Of a stretch of DNA of 64,000 bases, positions 10,931 through 20,451 are shown piece after piece. Below the pieces are notes generated by a model, which had not been told where the DNA came from, did not search any database, and worked only from the letters and a program-made list of their open reading frames with translations. The translations under genes and the position numbers were made by a program. Positions within the stretch are counted from its first letter, which is position 1. Each line of letters begins with the position of its first letter. The stretch spans positions 1,760,001-1,824,000 of the forward strand of contig AP024596.1 in assembly GCA_019704295.1 (NCBI GenBank), given 5' to 3'. Source of the stretch: Sulfolobales archaeon HS-7. Lineage in GTDB: Archaea > Thermoproteota > Thermoprotei_A > Sulfolobales > Sulfolobaceae.

Positions 10931-11409
10931 TCGAGTAACCTTCTAATGTTATTCTCAAATAGATTCCACAACGACTCGCTTAAGTAATTTATCTGATCAC
11001 ATATGTCCCTTAGGTCCTTATCGTTATCGATCGCTTTCTGAATCTCATTTAGGACTGTCATTAACGACTTAAAGTCCCCATCCATTATTTTCCTGTCGTT
11101 AAAGTAAAGAGCGTCACTTACATTAAAATCACCACCCTTCTCTAATTTCCAATAAATAGAATAGACTAAATTGTCTATATTGAGGTTATATTCGCTGAAA
11201 AGTTCGCCAACTCTATCTGAGAGAGTTTTAACATTCTGTTCTATCAGAAATATCATGCTATCTATAATCTCTAGCTGTTCCTTAACCCTCTCATTATTTA
11301 GAATTTCCCTAAATTCGGTAGTTGTAAGGCATTCTACTCCGCATGGGACAACAACATCAATAAGCTTAACTTTAGTACTGGGTTTTTTGCCAAGGTATTC
11401 TGATGACAT
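10927..11409 (-). CDS. hypothetical protein
   Basis: 160-aa ORF coupled to the PTPS gene by ATGA. Confidence 0.65.
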   Translation of the reverse strand: MSSEYLGKKPSTKVKLIDVVVPCGVECLTTTEFREILNNERVKEQLEIIDSMIFLIEQNVKTLSDRVGELFSEYNLNIDNLVYSIYWKLEKGGDFNVSDALYFNDRKIMDGDFKSLMTVLNEIQKAIDNDKDLRDICDQINYLSESLWNLFENNIRRLLE

Positions 11410-11463
11410 AATACGCGATCTCCTTCCAAAAATTTATCATTTTGCTAAGAGGTCTTCCTTACA

Positions 11464-11635
11464 GTGAACTCGTTCCTTGTTGGTAGGAGGGGTTTCCTGC
11501 CTCATACCTCCACCTTGCCAGGAGAGCTCCGCAGGTACTAAGGGTCGTATCCCCGAGGTTAACGTCAATGTTCCGTATAAGACTATAATTGAAGCAGACG
11601 TGTATTGCATCCACCCTCGCTTAGGCGTCTTAGTG
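11464..11635 (-). mobile_element. non-autonomous IS200/IS605 (tnpB-type) mini-element with right-end/omegaRNA region and left-end remnant
   Basis: Minus strand CGACCCTTAGTACCTGCGGAGCTC..TGGCAAGGTGGAGGTATGAGGCAGGAAACCCC..GAGTTCAC aligns with the tnpB element right end at 22723-22820; plus-strand ATCCACCCTC..GTCTT (11609-11631) matches its left end (24098-24116). Confidence 0.7.
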
Positions 11636-11696
11636 ACACTCACTTCGTCGTGAGTGCGATTAACGTGTTGGCTGCATGCCAACATTTAAATTTATA

Positions 11697-11729
11697 AAAG
11701 GGGGTTCTCCTCGGTCTCCTGCCCCCTTT
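11697..11729 (-). terminator. hairpin followed by a T-run downstream of the CopG-family gene
   Basis: AAAGGGGG...CCCCCTTT inverted repeat, reading into TTTTAT on the minus strand. Confidence 0.35.
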
Positions 11730-11781
11730 GAATTACCAATGAGGATCACATTTAACGAAAAACTATTAGTATTAGGAAGAT

Positions 11782-12390
11782 TCAGAGAGTGAGTATCCAC
11801 TTTCTCTGATCGTTATCGTAGTAGATTATACCATCTTCCACTAATACTCTGAATAACTGACCGAATTCCCCTAGAAGATCAATTGCCTTTTCCACACTGT
11901 TTACACTTATCGATGAAAGCCTCTCCTGAAACTTCTTATAATACTCTGGGTCTACTAGGATAAGATTCCCTTTTTTCGTAGATATAACTTTAAGACCATA
12001 CTCCCTTGCTCTGTCCTTAAAAGCTTTTGAATTTCTTAGAGTATTCTCATTCCTTACAGTAAATCCCCTTTCCCTAACGATATCTTTAATTGTCCTCTTC
12101 TCAGGTTCCCTCTTCTCCCCGGTATCACTCTCCTCCATGCTTTTTCCAGCTGATTGAAGCGTCTCTTGTAATTGAGCTATCCTCTTCGCAAGCTCGTCAA
12201 TCTTTGCGGTGAACGGATTAATGAGGTCTTGGATCTTTCTTTCCAATTTAGTCGTGTCAAACTCCTGTGTGCGTTTTTCGAAAAGTTTAGCTCTTACGTA
12301 TTCCGAAAGAAGTGCATACCCCTCTTTTGATGCTTCTCTCAATAGTGCTTGGTACTCGTCATCCGTTAACTTTAAGACTACTGTCTTCAT
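11782..12390 (-). CDS. CopG/RHH-family protein with coiled coil and C-terminal wHTH-like region
   Basis: MKTVVLKLTDDEYQALLREASKEG..LSEYVRAKL RHH; heptads TAKIDELAKRIAQLQE; C-terminal LFRVLVEDGIIYYD...W. Confidence 0.75.
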   Translation of the reverse strand: MKTVVLKLTDDEYQALLREASKEGYALLSEYVRAKLFEKRTQEFDTTKLERKIQDLINPFTAKIDELAKRIAQLQETLQSAGKSMEESDTGEKREPEKRTIKDIVRERGFTVRNENTLRNSKAFKDRAREYGLKVISTKKGNLILVDPEYYKKFQERLSSISVNSVEKAIDLLGEFGQLFRVLVEDGIIYYDNDQRKWILTL

Positions 12391-12666
12391 TGTATTCCTT
12401 CTGTTATAATTTCATTATAAAATCTATACTATAGTTCTCTTACCGTAGTGAATAGTAATCTAATCCCTCCTAAAAGGAGAACCAAAACCACAATGACAAA
12501 GGTTTTGTAAATTAGAGTAGATCTAAGTTATAATTCAGTGAAAAAGTTTTATATTTAAGCAATTTTAAATACAGTAAAGATATATTCTCGTATCTAATTC
12601 TTTGAAGTTAGAGTAAATGAAAACGTGTTAAATAAAAACTCCACATTAACCCTACTCAGGAAAAAC

Positions 12667-12721
12667 CTTCAGATACCCCAGAGCGCTATCACCGTTCCAT
12701 CTGGCATGACTTTCATCATAT
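12667..12721 (-). ncRNA. C/D box sRNA candidate
   Basis: Minus strand ATGATGA (12719-12713) ... GTGATAG ... CTGA (12672-12669); about 51 nt box to box, GC-richer guides, directly after the rpo6 stop. Confidence 0.65.
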
Positions 12722-12973
12722 TTACTCGTTCTTCTTAAACAAGCGGGTTATTGAGATTAACTGGTATTCTCCATTAGGGAGTCGCCTCCTTATTGTGATA
12801 GGAAGGACTCCTCTTTCAAGCTCAAGCTCGGCTATAGCCAAGGTATCCAAACCCTTTATGACGGACTCGTCTAGAAGTGGGATTGCTCCCATAGATAGCT
12901 GTAAAGCCCGCGTCCCAATTATTCTTGCTCTCTCATATTTAGTAAGTTCTGAATCCGTTAGCCAAAAACGCAT
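12722..12973 (-). CDS. rpo6: RNA polymerase subunit Rpo6 (K)
   Basis: LTKYERARIIGTRALQLSMGA...GVLPITIRRRLPNG. Confidence 0.97.
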   Translation of the reverse strand: MRFWLTDSELTKYERARIIGTRALQLSMGAIPLLDESVIKGLDTLAIAELELERGVLPITIRRRLPNGEYQLISITRLFKKNE

Positions 12974-13018
12974 TAAGAGTCCATAACTGATGAGAAGCTG
13001 TTGTTTAAAAAATTACTG

Positions 13019-14131
13019 TCACCAACTAATTTCACTCTTGAGGAACTCTGGTAACTCGCAGTATATATCATGGACTTTCTCATATTTTAACCCTGCTATT
13101 TCAGCCCAGGAGGACAGCAAAACGTCTATCATGTCGTTATTGACCATTCCCATTAATCCTAATCTTACGGTGTTTCTTGCCATATTCCTCATACCCCTCG
13201 CTATTTCGATATTCCTTTCCTTGAGCTTAGAAATTATTTCATCGGTAAAATTACCAGTTTCCACGGCAAGAACTGTATTAGAGAAGTCTTCCTCATCACC
13301 TATTAGCTTGTACCCCCAGCTCTTAAACTGAGACCTAGTAATTTTCATGCATGCTTCATGCCTTCTTATCCTATTTTCTATTCCCTCATCTTTTAGTATT
13401 TCAGCAGCTCTTAATGACGCAAATAATGGTCCTACGGCAGGAGTAAACGGGTTCTCACCTCTATCCTGAAACCTTAAGTAGTTACTCAAATCTGTATATA
13501 CTGGAATATCGTCCCTTTGTTTAACCTCTGCTTTTTTACTTACAGCTACGAAGGAGATTCCTGGAACTGACGCTAGGGCCTTCTGACTACCGGTAACTGC
13601 TGCATCTATTCCCCACTCATTTAGCCTAATTTCATGACCTGCAAACCCAGATACACTATCGACGAGTATTTTCACTCCTTTCTTTCGAATATGCCCTACT
13701 AAATCTCTAAGATTTCTGATTGCCACTCCAGTACTTGTTTCATTATGCACAAGCGTAACCGTTGATGGCGAGTACTTATCCAGTGCCGTATCTACGTCGT
13801 TTATCGTTACTGTTTCTCCGAATGGCTTATCCACAACGTAAACCTTAGCTTTTCTCCTCTTCAGCGAATCGATCATTCTATTCCCGAATTCACCATAGGT
13901 AAAGGAAACCACCTTTTCATTAGGTTCGACCATAGAAAATATCATTGTCTCCACGGCAAGAGTTCCCGAACCGGAAAGTATAGCTACCCTGTCAGAATCG
14001 AAAAATTCCTTCATTAAACTCTCAAGCTGATATACGGCCTCTCTGAATTCGTTGCTACGATGATTCCCTATCTCACTTGCCCTTTTCATAACCGAATGTG
14101 GAACTTCGACAGGACCAGGTATTAGTAACAT
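13019..14131 (-). CDS. class V PLP aminotransferase (serine/alanine-glyoxylate type)
   Basis: LLIPGP, SGSGT, HNETSTG, VDSVS, GSQKAL (PLP lysine). Confidence 0.92.
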   Translation of the reverse strand: MLLIPGPVEVPHSVMKRASEIGNHRSNEFREAVYQLESLMKEFFDSDRVAILSGSGTLAVETMIFSMVEPNEKVVSFTYGEFGNRMIDSLKRRKAKVYVVDKPFGETVTINDVDTALDKYSPSTVTLVHNETSTGVAIRNLRDLVGHIRKKGVKILVDSVSGFAGHEIRLNEWGIDAAVTGSQKALASVPGISFVAVSKKAEVKQRDDIPVYTDLSNYLRFQDRGENPFTPAVGPLFASLRAAEILKDEGIENRIRRHEACMKITRSQFKSWGYKLIGDEEDFSNTVLAVETGNFTDEIISKLKERNIEIARGMRNMARNTVRLGLMGMVNNDMIDVLLSSWAEIAGLKYEKVHDIYCELPEFLKSEISW

Positions 14132-15058
14132 TTACCTCACTCCACCTATTTCTTTAATTATATTTTGAACCAACATTTCCGCAATTCTCCTTTGCGACTC
14201 TTTCGTTTGGGCTCCTATATGTGTGGTGAAAATTGCATTAGGATGGGCATATATTTTTGTTTCAACGTCGCTCTTCCCTTCCCAGAAGACATCTGCTGCG
14301 TAGCATGACACCTTATTACTATTTAACGCCTCAAGAAGTGGTCCAGGTTCTATCACTACTGCTCTACTTGTATTTACTACAATGGAACCTTCCTTAATGA
14401 TTGAGAACTCCTTCTCACCTAAAATAGGCCTTGACTTAATGTCAACAGTCACATGCAATGTTATAATATCGCTGTTTGCGAGCAGTTCCTCCAAACTAAC
14501 CTGTTTTCCGTTTACAAAAGCTACCTTGTTGCTTACATCTATTATATCATAGGCCAGTATATTCATCCCAAATGCTCTGGCCATTTCCGCAACTCTACTT
14601 CCGATACGCCCGTATCCGATAATCCCCAGGGTCTTTCCAAAAAGCTCTATCCCTGTCACCTTTTCCATTTTTCCTTCCCTAAAGTACGACATCGACTTAT
14701 CGATTCTTCTTGCTGCCGTAACTATCAAGCCTAATGTTAGTTCAGCTGCTGAGTTAGTCGATGCCCCTGGGGCGTAAACGATCTTTATACCTCTTTTGCT
14801 AGCCTCCTCAAGGTCTATGTTGTCGAGACCTATTCCAGCCCTTGCAATTATTTTTAACTTTTTCGCATTCCTGATAATCTCCGAATCTACTACAGTCCTG
14901 CTTCTAACTATCAACACGTCATAATTGGCGATTTTTTGAAGTAGTTCTCCTCTAGATATATTGGGTTCGTATCTTACTCTAATTAATTCTAGGGCAGACA
15001 GCTTATCAATTATATAACTATCTACAGGGTCAGCTATGAGAATGTTAAATGGCTCCAT
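14132..15058 (-). CDS. serA: D-3-phosphoglycerate dehydrogenase-like 2-hydroxyacid dehydrogenase
   Basis: RAGIGLDNID, GIIGYGRIG, NTSR, HIGAQT. Confidence 0.85.
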   Translation of the reverse strand: MEPFNILIADPVDSYIIDKLSALELIRVRYEPNISRGELLQKIANYDVLIVRSRTVVDSEIIRNAKKLKIIARAGIGLDNIDLEEASKRGIKIVYAPGASTNSAAELTLGLIVTAARRIDKSMSYFREGKMEKVTGIELFGKTLGIIGYGRIGSRVAEMARAFGMNILAYDIIDVSNKVAFVNGKQVSLEELLANSDIITLHVTVDIKSRPILGEKEFSIIKEGSIVVNTSRAVVIEPGPLLEALNSNKVSCYAADVFWEGKSDVETKIYAHPNAIFTTHIGAQTKESQRRIAEMLVQNIIKEIGGVR

Positions 15059-15289
15059 AGTTATTTTCCTCCAAAAGAGTTTTATACGTTATTGCCAGCA
15101 AGACCAATAGAAATTGTTAAACAATTCATTATGAAAAGTAAGGGAAATGGACTTTAAAAACGGATTGATTAGATATACTACATCCTTCATTATAAGTCAA
15201 TGAGTTCTTTTATTCATCATTTAAAAGGTTTTCCCTATATATATTTAAAAATGTCAAATCTTAGGTGAATACCTATAGTTTCTCGGTAA

Positions 15290-15405
15290 CTTTCTCCACT
15301 CTCTGAAAGGGGCTCATTATCCCCATCCATTCCGAATTAGATCTCTCGTTTGGAGCACTCTAGTAGATCAGAAATCAGCTATCACCTGAAGGGTGGTTAT
15401 CTCTC
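15290..15405. mobile_element. possible degenerate IS200/IS605-type end sequences
   Basis: Hairpin-like CACCTGAAGGGTG and CTCTCTGAAAGGGG in a non-coding gap; resemble subterminal hairpins of this family. Confidence 0.3.
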
Positions 15406-15847
15406 ACAGAGTACCTTATGATCACACAAAGAAGAGAAAAGAGAAGGTATTGTTTGCTACCCCCTCAGTCCAATTAGGCCCACAGTTGACAGATATGAAC
15501 ATTATCAGTATCACTAAGCGGTGGCAAGGAAAAAAGAGCATTTAAACTCTGAGTATAAGGAACTATTCTCTCCAAGAGTATTTCCTCCTCAACCTATATA
15601 GGATAATATCCCTTCCACAGGATCAGTCTTTACGGTTATTAACTCCTTTACTGTTCTGCAAGGCAAGGTATTTGAAAAGACAAACTATGTCTTTAATCGA
15701 CTTGATTCGGCACTTTTCTGAGTTTGGAGGCTCTGTTTCACTTTACACCTGGGATTTGATAGTTTTCAATTCTAAAAACGTTATTACAATAAGTGTTGAC
15801 TCTGATTACGTAAAATTAAAGAAGATGCTGTTGATCTTAAGAGTTAA

Positions 15848-15869
15848 AAATAATTATGCATAATTATTT
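15848..15869. promoter_or_regulatory. perfect 22-bp palindrome (operator-like)
   Basis: AAATAATTATGCATAATTATTT, overlapping the TTAAAAA element and ending 4 nt before GTG 15874. Confidence 0.55.
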
Positions 15870-15873
15870 GATA

Positions 15874-16224
15874 GTGTCAGACTTAAGTAACGAGGCAAAG
15901 AAACTAGCGTCTGCACATGCGAGGACATTTAGGAATGTAGAAAAAGCATTGTACGGTAACGATGTTTCAATTCTCTCAATTTATAAGAAAGTAAAGGAAT
16001 GCAAAGACAAAGCCCAGTTATCAAACGTGCTGAATACCAACAACTATGACATTACAGATGCTAAGTTAAAGGACGATCTGAAAAGGTTTTTCTCGGATAT
16101 AATAAAATCGACGTCGGCGTTAAGTGATCGGGATGCCTTATTTTTTGCGAATGAGGCTTTCACGTACTTAATTATCGCCCTTCAAACAAAACTTGACGCG
16201 ATGAAAAGGGGTTATTGGTATTAA
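15874..16224 (+). CDS. small helical protein resembling Csx26 (Cas11-like subunit of Sulfolobales type III CRISPR-Cas); orphan
   Basis: MSDLSNEAKKLASAHAR...ALYG...F.Y..IAL.TK.D.MKRGYW; family recognised from memory and unverified; GTG 15874 preferred over ATG 15856. Confidence 0.5.
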   Translation: MSDLSNEAKKLASAHARTFRNVEKALYGNDVSILSIYKKVKECKDKAQLSNVLNTNNYDITDAKLKDDLKRFFSDIIKSTSALSDRDALFFANEAFTYLIIALQTKLDAMKRGYWY

Positions 16225-16229
16225 GGGGT

Positions 16230-17276
16230 TTAAAACCACTTATCGAGTCCCTGTTGTTTTCCTTCTCTCTTCATTTTACTTACAGCTTTAGTTAGTCGTT
16301 CAATTCCTCCCTCGACCCTTTCTTGATTGAAGTCGTTCTCGTTAACCAAGATCTTCAGTATCTCTTCCTTATTAATCTCCCCTAATTCCATTTTCTCCTC
16401 AGGTTCCTTAACATCAGGGTTGAGGAAGAGTGACCTTATAGGTCGTGGATCAAAGTCTACCTGAACTTCTCCTGATTTTATTGCATTATCAATATTTCCA
16501 TGCTTCTTGATTAACTTAAGCGCAGTTTTAGGTCCTATCCCCTTAACTCCTTCTGGGTTATAATCCGTTCCTATTAAAATGGCCAAATCTATTAACTGTT
16601 CTCGCGTAATTCCCAGTTCTTTAAGCAGTGTATCGATATCGATCTCCTCAACTTTTACCTCTACGTAGACGTCCTTATTTGGTAACTTTCTTTTTCCTGT
16701 TATTGCGAGGTTTCGGATTAGTCTACTTGCACCGAACAAAAGAGAGTCGTAATCCTGACTTACTGCTCCCCAGGAATACCCCTTCGTATTAAGATATGCG
16801 GCTTCAGCCTCACCTTCAGCTGGTGCCTGAACGTAAGGTATTCCCATGCTTTTTAATAACCGTTTAGCGTCCCCAGCCATTTTACTCGATAAATAGTTCG
16901 TAGCCTGGGCGTACTTTCTCATACTTCTTATATCCCCTTCTTTTCTCGCCATTTCATATTTCTCCTGCGCCTCCTCTTTTACTTTCCTTCTATTCTCAAT
17001 CTCCTCCTTCTTTAATTCCGGTGGTTTACCATCAAAAACGAATACGGGGGTTATACCTTCCTCTACCAGATTTATTGTCCTGTAAAAAACGCCACTCAGG
17101 TGACTAGTTATTTCTCCACGTAAGTTTTTGAGAGGAGTTCCATCGGGTTGCCTTATTGCCGCCAAAAATTGGTATAACATGTTATATGCATCTATCGAAA
17201 GCGACTTTCCAGACAGACTGTTAACCGAGAGCTCCTTCTTTACATTAATGACTAAATCTCCTAAGTCGACTCCTAT
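16230..17276 (-). CDS. fen: flap endonuclease-1
   Basis: (M)GVDL...IDAYNMLYQFLAAIRQPDG, EGEAEAA, SQDYDSLLFG, GTDYNPEG, C-terminal PIP box QQGLDKWF; frame opens at ATA 17276. Confidence 0.97.
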   Translation of the reverse strand: MGVDLGDLVINVKKELSVNSLSGKSLSIDAYNMLYQFLAAIRQPDGTPLKNLRGEITSHLSGVFYRTINLVEEGITPVFVFDGKPPELKKEEIENRRKVKEEAQEKYEMARKEGDIRSMRKYAQATNYLSSKMAGDAKRLLKSMGIPYVQAPAEGEAEAAYLNTKGYSWGAVSQDYDSLLFGASRLIRNLAITGKRKLPNKDVYVEVKVEEIDIDTLLKELGITREQLIDLAILIGTDYNPEGVKGIGPKTALKLIKKHGNIDNAIKSGEVQVDFDPRPIRSLFLNPDVKEPEEKMELGEINKEEILKILVNENDFNQERVEGGIERLTKAVSKMKREGKQQGLDKWF

Positions 17277-17503
17277 TCCTTACCACCTAGAAGACTGATC
17301 ATCTTAGTATCCTCGTTGATTGTTGAAACTGATATATATCCCCTCATTTCAAGAGCCATTAGTGCTTTCATAAAGTCTGAGAAGGGTATATCGTCATTTA
17401 ATGCCTTCGATAATTCTTTATAGAGGTCTTTGTCCGTTATTGAAGCGTTCCTCCTAGTAATTACATCAAGTATTTCGTTAATCACTCTTCTTTTATACCA
17501 CAA
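17273..17503 (-). CDS. small winged-helix protein
   Basis: 76 aa with FMKALMALEMRGYISV; lies between cdc48 and fen in one operon. Confidence 0.7.
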   Translation of the reverse strand: MWYKRRVINEILDVITRRNASITDKDLYKELSKALNDDIPFSDFMKALMALEMRGYISVSTINEDTKMISLLGGKE

Positions 17504-17508
17504 CTATA

Positions 17509-19734
17509 TCACGCAAAAGTACTTGGTTTGACCGTCTGCTTTGGTAATTGTTGCCTTGCCTTATCGAACCAGTTGTTGTAGAACTGTATCATGTCTTGAG
17601 TTATTGACGGTTTAACTTTCGTTAATGCTATTTCGAAGTGTTGCCTATCCACGATAACCTCATCAGGTTTCTTTCCCCTCCTTATACCTTCTCTTATGGC
17701 GAGTAAACCCGCTTCTCGAATCAAGGCAGCGATGTCTGCCCCTGTGTATCCTTCCGTCCTAGCTGCTATTTCTTCAAGACTTATATCCTGTGCTAATTTT
17801 ACATTTCTCAGATGCACTTTCATTATTTCAACCCTTGCTCTTAAATCGGGCGGAGGAACGTAGATTAATTTTTCAATTCTTCCCGGTCTGAGAAGTGCAG
17901 GGTCTATGATGTCTGGGCGATTTGTTGAAGCTATAATTACTACGTTTTCCAACTTTTCTATTCCGTCAATTTCCGTTAGGAACTGGCTAACTATTCTCTC
18001 TAGTATGTTGGTGTCGTTACTATAGCCCCTCATTGGAACTATTGCGTCTATTTCGTCGAAGAACACTATAACCGGAGCGTATTGTCTAGCCTTTCTGAAA
18101 ATCTCGCGTATCGCCCTTTCACTCTCCCCAACCCATTTCGATAAGACCTCAGGACCACGTATCGCTATAAAGTTAGCACCGCTTTCAGTAGCAGCAGCCT
18201 TAGCTAGCAACGTTTTACCTGTTCCAGGGGGTCCGAATAGTAGGATTCCCCTTGGTGGCTGAATACCTATGTTCATGTAATATTCCGAGAATTTCAGAGG
18301 CCATTCCACTATCTCTTGAAGTTCAACTTTTATGTCCTCCAATCCGCCAATATCTGTCCACTTAACCTCCGGTACTTCAACGTAAATCTCCCTAAGTCCG
18401 CTCGGAACAATTTCCTTGAAAGCTTTGAAGAAGTCGTCCCTAGTTACCTCCATGTTGTCTAAAATTTCAGTCGGTATTTTATCTGCAGGTAGATCTATCT
18501 GAGGTAGATATCTCCTCAGAGCGTACATAGCAGCTTCTCTAACCAGAGCCGAGAGATCAGCTCCCGTATAACCGTGAGTCAATTCAGCTAATTCCTCTAA
18601 GTTAATATCCCTTCCTAATGGCATGTTCCTAGTGTGTATTTGAAGTATTTCGAGCCTTCCCTGTTTGTCAGGGAGGGGGATTTCTATTTCCCTATCGAAT
18701 CTGCCGGGTCTCCTCAATGCAGGATCGACCGCGTTTGGCCTGTTTGTTGCCGCAACTACCATGACGTTCCCACGACTTTCGAGACCGTCCATTAGCGTCA
18801 AGAGTTGGGCCACTACTCTCCTTTCTACTTCTCCTATTACCTCGTCACGTTTAGGAGCTATTGCGTCCACTTCGTCAATGAATATTATTGCTGGTGCATG
18901 CTTTTTCGCGTCATCGAATATCTCCCTTAATCTCTGTTCGCTTTCACCGTAGAACTTACTCATTATTTCCGGACCGTTAATTGATGTAAAGTAAGCGTCC
19001 GTTTCGTTCGCTACTGCCTTTGCTAGCAAGGTTTTTCCTACCCCAGGAGGGCCATAAAGTAGAACACCTTTCGGAGGATCTATGCCTAACCTCTTAAAAA
19101 GTTCTGGATGCCTCAAAGGCAGCTCTATTAGTTCTCTAACCTTCTCTATTACTTGATTGAGCCCCCCTATATCCTCGTAGGTAACTCTCGGAACTTTGCT
19201 CTGTTCCGCAGGCTTCTCAGAAATAGTGATGGCTGTTTCGTCAGTAACCATAACTATACCCTGTGGGCGAAGTTGAACAACAGTGAACGGAATAGCCTGC
19301 CCTAGGACTGGAATAAGAACCGTGTCGCCTTCTGTGAGCGGCGTATCCTTAAGCTTTTTCTTAACGTAGCTAACGAAACCAGGGTCTACGGAGATCGAGA
19401 AGTTTGCAGGAGCTAACTTGACATAGGAAGCGGGTTTGACCTGAGCTTTTCTTACAACTACCGTATCACCTATGCTCACGCCGGCGTTTTTCCTTATTAT
19501 TCCGTCCATCCTTATTATGTCAAGTCCGGCGTCTTCAGCTGCATTCGCCCAAGCTATTGCTGCTGTTTTCCGAGTCCCTTCAATTTCTATGACATCCCCT
19601 GGTGTTACACCTATTGAAGCTAGAAGTTCAACGTCCACTCTTACCTTTGCTCTACCTACGTCTTTTTGTTTAGCCTCCATAACCCTTAAGACTAATTCAC
19701 GCCTTTGCGGTTGACTTTCAGATGCTGAAGGCAC
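17509..19734 (-). CDS. cdc48: CDC48/VCP family AAA+ ATPase
   Basis: N-domain plus two AAA modules ([16 protein letters not shown]; FIDEVD, FFDEID; [10 protein letters not shown]). Confidence 0.97.
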   Translation of the reverse strand: MPSASESQPQRRELVLRVMEAKQKDVGRAKVRVDVELLASIGVTPGDVIEIEGTRKTAAIAWANAAEDAGLDIIRMDGIIRKNAGVSIGDTVVVRKAQVKPASYVKLAPANFSISVDPGFVSYVKKKLKDTPLTEGDTVLIPVLGQAIPFTVVQLRPQGIVMVTDETAITISEKPAEQSKVPRVTYEDIGGLNQVIEKVRELIELPLRHPELFKRLGIDPPKGVLLYGPPGVGKTLLAKAVANETDAYFTSINGPEIMSKFYGESEQRLREIFDDAKKHAPAIIFIDEVDAIAPKRDEVIGEVERRVVAQLLTLMDGLESRGNVMVVAATNRPNAVDPALRRPGRFDREIEIPLPDKQGRLEILQIHTRNMPLGRDINLEELAELTHGYTGADLSALVREAAMYALRRYLPQIDLPADKIPTEILDNMEVTRDDFFKAFKEIVPSGLREIYVEVPEVKWTDIGGLEDIKVELQEIVEWPLKFSEYYMNIGIQPPRGILLFGPPGTGKTLLAKAAATESGANFIAIRGPEVLSKWVGESERAIREIFRKARQYAPVIVFFDEIDAIVPMRGYSNDTNILERIVSQFLTEIDGIEKLENVVIIASTNRPDIIDPALLRPGRIEKLIYVPPPDLRARVEIMKVHLRNVKLAQDISLEEIAARTEGYTGADIAALIREAGLLAIREGIRRGKKPDEVIVDRQHFEIALTKVKPSITQDMIQFYNNWFDKARQQLPKQTVKPSTFA

Positions 19735-19988
19735 TTATAATCCCTAAGTACACATTAACATTTGGCTATTTTAGATTTGTTGATTTAACTCTGTTCTTTA
19801 GAATCACTCATACTTCTATCTTATTTTGAGATAGTAAGGTCGCATCTTCTCGTTCTCTGCAAGAGGTTATTTAGTAAATTAAAAACTTTGCGATACTATT
19901 CCTAGGAATTCGGGGACCATTGCATTAAGTACTAATGTATAAACTATCGTCGTTTGATCAAGTAAAGGCTTTTATCTTACAAAATCGG

Positions 19989-20002
19989 TTTCGATATCGA
20001 AA
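19989..20002. promoter_or_regulatory. palindromic operator upstream of the PadR gene
   Basis: Perfect palindrome TTTCGATATCGAAA between a TTTTATC element (about 19970) and ATG 20008. Confidence 0.55.
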
Positions 20003-20007
20003 AAGAA

Positions 20008-20451
20008 ATGTGGGATCATTTTCACGAAACGCCGAGATTCAAGGTAGAGAGAGGTGGCTGGCTTAGACTGTGGATACTTCAACTTTTAGTAAAAAGGGAA
20101 ATGACGGGAGCAGAAATAATTAATTATATACATGAACTAACTGCGGGTAGATGGAAACCATCACCTGGAAGTGTTTACCCCATTTTAAAATCTATGGTTG
20201 AGGAGGGATATTTGAAATACAGAGAAGAGAGAAATTCTAAAGTATATAGTCTCACAGAGAAGGGAAGAAAAGAATTAGAAAATATGGGAGTAGCGGTCAG
20301 GGAGGAGAACGCTGATGAGATTATTGAGACAATCGAGAATTACGTCGAGTATTTAGGAGAATTGTATGGTGAACAAATCCTCAGGGATGATGGGTTAAAG
20401 GGAAAGGTTATGGCAGTAATAACACATCTCAAACAAATTGTAGGTGAGTGA
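20008..20451 (+). CDS. PadR family transcriptional regulator
   Basis: LRLWILQLL...WKPSPGSVYPILK...YSLTEKG. Confidence 0.93.
   Translation: MWDHFHETPRFKVERGGWLRLWILQLLVKREMTGAEIINYIHELTAGRWKPSPGSVYPILKSMVEEGYLKYREERNSKVYSLTEKGRKELENMGVAVREENADEIIETIENYVEYLGELYGEQILRDDGLKGKVMAVITHLKQIVGE

Noticed and set aside
11437-11685. 82-aa minus-strand ORF; also considered RNase P or SRP RNA
   Set aside because: The ORF runs through IS end sequence and hairpins; the RNase P P4 and SRP helix-8 signature motifs are absent
12391-12660. AT-rich gap next to the CopG gene as a replication origin
   Set aside because: No ORB-like repeats and no cdc6 or whiP gene nearby
15168-15220. Minus-strand ATGATGA...TTGA...ATGAAGG as a C/D sRNA
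   Set aside because: Terminal box is CTAA rather than CTGA and the guides are very AT-rich
15750-15790. CRISPR array
   Set aside because: Only a single 11-nt repeat-like match with no periodic repeats; similar words occur inside coding genes
15672-15863. 63-aa ORF upstream of the Csx26-like gene
   Set aside because: No motif; runs through the putative promoter and palindrome
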